DNA from: Malacoraja senta
Lineage: Eukaryota
Length of the DNA stretch: 64,000 nucleotides
Assembly (NCBI GenBank): GCA_038087875.1
Contig: CM075994.1
Span: 868,001-932,000, forward strand
Reading direction: 5' to 3'
A program made the translations under genes and the position numbers. Below are positions 59,348 through 64,000 of the stretch, piece after piece. Positions within the stretch are counted from its first letter, which is position 1. Every line of letters begins with the position of its first letter. The notes under the pieces were generated by a model. The model saw nothing but the letters and a program-made list of their open reading frames with translations. It had not been told where the DNA came from and searched no databases.

Positions 59348-62308
59348 GTAGAACGCCAGCGAGTCGCGGGGCGGCAGAACACCAGCGCCCACCAAGCCAG
59401 CTCGGCCGACCGGAAGCACCAACAGACGGCGACGTGAAAGGAAGCACCGCCGGGGACGCAGAGGTGGGTTAAAGGCCAGGTTAGAGCTAGACCCACACAG
59501 GCTAGCGATTCCTAGCCTTTTCCTCGCCAACGTGCGCTCACTGGCAAACAAAATGGACGAACTCCGGCTAAGGATCACCTCCCACAACTGGATCAAAGAC
59601 TGCAGCAACTTGATCCTCACTGAAACCTTGGCTCAACACCGACGTTCCTGACAGCGCCATCCAGCTAACGGGGCGGCATTTACTCCGAGCGGACAGGACA
59701 ATAGACTCTGGTAAGACCAGAGGTGGAGGTCTGTGCATTTATGTAAATAAAGCATGGTGCACGGACACCACCATCATCGAGAGTCACTGCTCAGCTAACC
59801 TAGAGTTCCTCTTGGTTAGATGCAGACCGTTCTATCTGCCCAGAGAGTTTACCTCCACTGTTGTGACTGCAGCCTATATTCCTCCTGATCCTAATGCCAA
59901 GCTTGTACTGAAAGATCTGCATACTGCCATTAGCAAACAACAGACTCACAACCCCGAGGCAGCCTTCATTGTTGCGGGTGACTTCAATCACTCCAACCTG
60001 AAGACTGTACTCCCCAAATTCCACCAACATGTCTCCTTCGCCACTAGAGAAGACAAGACACTGGACAAAGTCTACACCAACATGACTGAAGCTTACAAAG
60101 CCGTCCCCCTCCCCCACCTTCGACAGTCTGATCACCTCCCATTGTTCCTGCTCCCAAAGTACTCCCCACTCATCAGACAGGTTAAACCCACTGTGAGGAC
60201 AGTTAAAGTCTGGTCAGAGGATGCGGACTCCACACTTCAGCAGTGTTTTGGAAACACTGACTGGATGGCGTTTGCAGCCCAGGCCACCCTTGACTCCCAC
60301 ACGGACATTGACTCCTATACATCCTCTGTTCTGGACTGTATAAACTCCACCATCAACAGTGTCACCTCCCTCAAACGGGTGACCATATTCCCGAATCAGA
60401 AGCCATGGATGAACGGCGAGGTGAGGCTACTGCTGAAAGCACGGGACACCGCTTTTAGGTCAGGCGATGCCCGAGCCTATAGTTCATCCAGGGCTAACCT
60501 GAAGAAGGGCATAAAGAAGGCCAAGCACTGCCATAAGCTCAGGATTGAGGAGCACTTCAACAACAACTCCGACCCCCGACGCATGTGGCAAGGCATCCAG
60601 GCCATCACGGACTTTAGACCCACCAACACCACCCCCACATCCAGCAACGCCTCCTTCCTTGAGGAGCTTAACCACTTCTATGGCCGCTTCAATAGGGACA
60701 ATCGGCAGTTGGCCATCAAGGCGGTGCTCCCTGCCGATCACCAGCCCCTCTCACTCACCCCATACGACGTGTACGTGGCACTGAGTAGGACTAATGCACG
60801 TAAGGCTGCTGGCCCCGACGGCATCCCCGGGCGCGTCCTCAGGGCCTGTGCGGCGCAGCTGACAGACGTCTGGACTGACATCTTCAACCTGTCACTTGCC
60901 CAAGCAGTTGTGCGCACGTGCCTTAAATCCACCTCCATCGTGCCGGTGCCAAAACACTCCACTGCGGCAAGCCTCAACGACTTCCGCCCAGTTGCACTTA
61001 CTCCCATCATCGCCAAGTGCTTCGAGAGGCTGGTCCGGGCACACCTCAAAGGCTGCCTACCCCCCACATTGGATCCCTATCAGTTTGCCTACCGCAAGAA
61101 CAGGAGTACGGAGGATGCCATCTCAACGGCACTTCACTCCGCCCTCTCCCACCGCGACAACAGAGACACTTACGTAAGAATGCTGTTCATCGATTACAGC
61201 TCAGCATTCAACACCATCATACCCTCTAAACTGATCACCAAACTCGGTGACCTGGGCATCGACCCCTCCCTCTGCAACTGGATACTGGACTTTCTAACCA
61301 ACAGACCCCAGTCTGTTAGGTTAGACAAGCACACCTCTTCAACCCTCATCCTGAGCGTTCCACAGGGCTGTGTGCTGAGCCCCCTCCTCTACTCCCTCTT
61401 CACCTACGACTGCACACCTGTACATGGTGCTAACACCATCATCAAGTATGCAGATGATACAACGGTGATTGGCCTCATCAGCAACAACGATGAGTCGGCC
61501 TATAGGGAGGAGGTCCAGCTCCTAGCAGCATGGTGCACTGACAACAACCTGGCCCTTAACTCCAAGAAGACCAAGGAGCTCATTGTAGACTTCAGGAAGT
61601 CTAGGGGCGGCACGCACACCCCCATCCACATTAACGGGACGGAGGTGGAACGTGTTTCCAGCTTCAGGTTCCTGGGGGTCAACATCTCCGATGACCTCCC
61701 TTGGACCAACAATACCTCAACTCTGGTCAAGAAGGCTCACCAGCGTTTCTTCTTCCTGCGGAGACTAAAGAAGGTCCATCTGTCTCCTCAGATTCTGGTG
61801 AACCTCTACCGCTGCACCATCGAGAGCATCCTTACCAACTGTATCACAGTATGGTATGGCAACTGCTCTGTCTCCGACCGGAAAGCACTGCAGAGGGTGG
61901 TGAAAATTGCCCAACGCATCACCGGTTCCTCACTCCCCACCATTGAGTCTGTCCAAAGCAAGCGTTGTCTGCGAAGGGCGCTCAGCATCGCCAAGGACTG
62001 CTCTCACCCCAACCACAGACTGTTTACCCTCCTACCGTCCGGGAGGCGCTACAGGTCTCTCCGTTGCCGGACCAGCAGGTCCAGGGACAGCTACTTCCCT
62101 GCGGCGGTTACACTACTCAACACTGTACCTCGGTGACTGCCAATCACCCCCCCCCCCCGGACACTCCTCCCACCAGGATTTATTAGATGTATTTATTTAC
62201 TGCTCATATTTATGTCGCTCTTCCAGGGAGATGCTAACTGCATTTCGTTGTCTCTGTACTGTACACTGCACAATGACAATAAAGTTGAATCTGAATCTGA
62301 ATCTGAAT
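59348..62308 (+). mobile_element. Rex1/Babar LINE, nearly intact EN-RT
   Basis: PSLFLANVRSLANKMDEL (EN start, about 59510), frameshift near 59627, then the 774-aa ORF; tail aatgacaataaa followed by (CTGAAT)n. Confidence 0.95.
59812..62136 (+). CDS. Rex1/Babar ORF (partial APE endonuclease + reverse transcriptase)
   Basis: AGDFNH, KAAGPDGI, FRPVALT, LFIDYSSAFNTI, VPQGCVLSP, KYADD, LPSGRRYR. Confidence 0.9.
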   Translation: MVRCRPFYLPREFTSTVVTAAYIPPDPNAKLVLKDLHTAISKQQTHNPEAAFIVAGDFNHSNLKTVLPKFHQHVSFATREDKTLDKVYTNMTEAYKAVPLPHLRQSDHLPLFLLPKYSPLIRQVKPTVRTVKVWSEDADSTLQQCFGNTDWMAFAAQATLDSHTDIDSYTSSVLDCINSTINSVTSLKRVTIFPNQKPWMNGEVRLLLKARDTAFRSGDARAYSSSRANLKKGIKKAKHCHKLRIEEHFNNNSDPRRMWQGIQAITDFRPTNTTPTSSNASFLEELNHFYGRFNRDNRQLAIKAVLPADHQPLSLTPYDVYVALSRTNARKAAGPDGIPGRVLRACAAQLTDVWTDIFNLSLAQAVVRTCLKSTSIVPVPKHSTAASLNDFRPVALTPIIAKCFERLVRAHLKGCLPPTLDPYQFAYRKNRSTEDAISTALHSALSHRDNRDTYVRMLFIDYSSAFNTIIPSKLITKLGDLGIDPSLCNWILDFLTNRPQSVRLDKHTSSTLILSVPQGCVLSPLLYSLFTYDCTPVHGANTIIKYADDTTVIGLISNNDESAYREEVQLLAAWCTDNNLALNSKKTKELIVDFRKSRGGTHTPIHINGTEVERVSSFRFLGVNISDDLPWTNNTSTLVKKAHQRFFFLRRLKKVHLSPQILVNLYRCTIESILTNCITVWYGNCSVSDRKALQRVVKIAQRITGSSLPTIESVQSKRCLRRALSIAKDCSHPNHRLFTLLPSGRRYRSLRCRTSRSRDSYFPAAVTLLNTVPR

Positions 62309-62442
62309 GTAATGACTGTGGTTGTGAGTGCAATGTTATCTCTGAGGATCATTAGGTCTCATTAGTGCTGGTTTGCGAACACTCGCGTTGAATATTTGCT
62401 CTGGCTAATGACATGGATGTCGCAAGAGACCATCTGCTCACG

Positions 62443-62449
62443 TATAAAT
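62443..62449 (+). promoter_or_regulatory. Candidate TATA box of the GPCR gene
   Basis: TATAAAT about 52 bp upstream of ATG 62501. Confidence 0.45.
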
Positions 62450-62500
62450 CCTTCCGTTTCCAAAGCACCCCATTCATAGAGCGCCTCCTTTCACCAGAGG

Positions 62501-63943
62501 ATGGGAACGTACGCACTTCACATCGAGATCTTCTGCCCGATTATTGCAGTCATTGGTGTGCCTGGTAAGTCATTTCATTTAATGTAGCGGTGGTTTTCTC
62601 TCCGTCCCTCCCCCACCCTATTTGTCGTACTAGTTTCACTGTCGTCTTATTGAGTTTCACTGTCTGTACAACTCGTTATCACCTAGCCCTCATCCAACAA
62701 TGGGCCATCATGGGCTCTCCATTTTCTTGATAATCGTTACTTCATGAATAGCTTTCATTCATTTGCTCTTTATCTCTCTCTATCACCGACTATATCTCTC
62801 GTTTTCTTTTCTCCTTACTGGTCTGAAATAAAGGTCTCGACCCGAAATGTCACTTATTCCTTCTCTCCAGAGATGCTGTCTGACCCACTGAGTTAATCCA
62901 GCATTTTTGTGCCTCTTACCAGAATGATGCCTGCTTTAGCGGGAATCAGCTACAAGGAGAAGTCGGACAGACTTGGATTGTTTTCTCTGGAATACCGGAG
63001 GTTGAATCTTTCTATGTCTCTTCATTGTTTTTGGCTGCAGTTGATTTCTCTGCATCCATTGTGCCAGTCAGTGGTCAGAGTCAGGGCAACGATGAGATTG
63101 TTCACTTTTGTGCTCTTGGCTTCAATGCTAAGGGAAGACGGATTGCTTCTAACATTGGGCAGGTAGTCGCTGGTCTGCGCAGGCCCGACGGGCCAAATGG
63201 CCTGTTTTCACGCTGTTCCTCTTGTTCCAGAGTTGCTGCCTCACATCGCAAAAGACCTGGGTTCAGTCCTGACCTCGGGTGTTGTGTATGGCCTGGATGG
63301 AGTGAATGTGAAGAGCCCGTCAAGTCTACTGTAACATTCAGTCATGGCTGATCTATCTTCCCCTGATCACCCCCATTCTCCTGCCTTTACCCACTATCCT
63401 TTAACCACCTTATTGATCAAGAACCTGTCAATCTCCGGTTAAGAACTACCCAAAAGACTTGGATCGTATTCAGTTCAGTTGAATTTAGTTCATTATCACG
63501 TGTACCGAGGTACAGTGAAAAGCTTTTTTTGCGTGCTAACCAGTCAGCGGAAATACAATACATGATTACAATCGAGCCATTTCCAGTGTACAGATAATAG
63601 ATAAGGGAATGACGTTCAGTGCAAGGTAAAGCCAGCAAAGTCCGGTCACACATGGTCCGTGTCACTAATGAGGTAGAAAGTAGTTCAGGACTGCTGAAAT
63701 TCTGGTTATATTTATTGCCGTTCCCTACAGATGCAGTCCCCCACGCCTCTATCCCATTTCCCTCTTGCTTCTCGCCGTTGTGTGTTTCCTTACAGCCAAC
63801 CTGATGTCCTTGGTGACCCTGTTCCGAGGAAAGTGCGGTCTCTCCAAAGACATCACCTGCTACATGATGGCCATGGCGATGGGTGATCTCATGGTGTTGG
63901 TCTTCAACGTCATAGTCAGCCAGTTAGTCAGGTACGTACTGCA
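62501..63943 (+). CDS. GPR139/GPR142-like class A GPCR, N-terminus (exon 62501-62564; exon from 63796); possibly disrupted
   Basis: MGTYALHIEIFCPIIAVIGVP(A) | NLMSLVTLFRGKCGLSKDITCYMMAMAMGDLMVLVFNVIV (TM1-TM2); donor G|GTAAGT; acceptor tttccttacag; phase 1. Confidence 0.8.
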
Positions 63944-64000
63944 TACCTGCTCCAACCTCATCTACTGCATGTGTAGGAAGGAACTGCAGATGCTGGTTTA
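63944..64000. mobile_element. Penelope-like sequence abutting GPCR exon 2
   Basis: caacctcatctactg matches about 57979-57993; atgtgtaggaaggaactgcagatgctgg matches Penelope ends near 33022 and 31198. Confidence 0.7.

Overview
Repeat-dense vertebrate genomic DNA, most likely a cartilaginous fish (skate/ray/shark). This is inferred from HE1-like tRNA SINEs sharing a 3' tail with HER1/CR1 LINEs and from a GPR139-like receptor of the chondrichthyan-expanded type. Most of the window is transposon-derived: CR1, L2, Rex1/Babar, L1/Tx1, Penelope-like elements with minimal hammerhead ribozyme motifs, a DIRS tyrosine-recombinase retrotransposon, Helitron-type ends, MITEs and SINEs. Three host genes are visible. 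(1) On the minus strand (15192 to 4664) is a multi-exon gene that the ORF track does not assemble. It has a TATA box and six small coding exons joined by phase-1 GT-AG introns, and encodes a signal peptide plus three exon-encoded C-x11-C motifs (at least 116 aa; I do not recognise the family). (2) The 3' end of SKIV2L/SKIC2 (plus strand), whose third-last exon is cut off by an L1 poly(A) tail just after an assembly gap. (3) The start of a GPR139-like GPCR at the right edge. The best mobile-element structure is a near full-length L1 with a 15-bp TSD containing a structurally complete DIRS element (ITRs plus ICR) whose ATT crossover can be reconstructed exactly. Coordinates of degenerate repeats are approximate.
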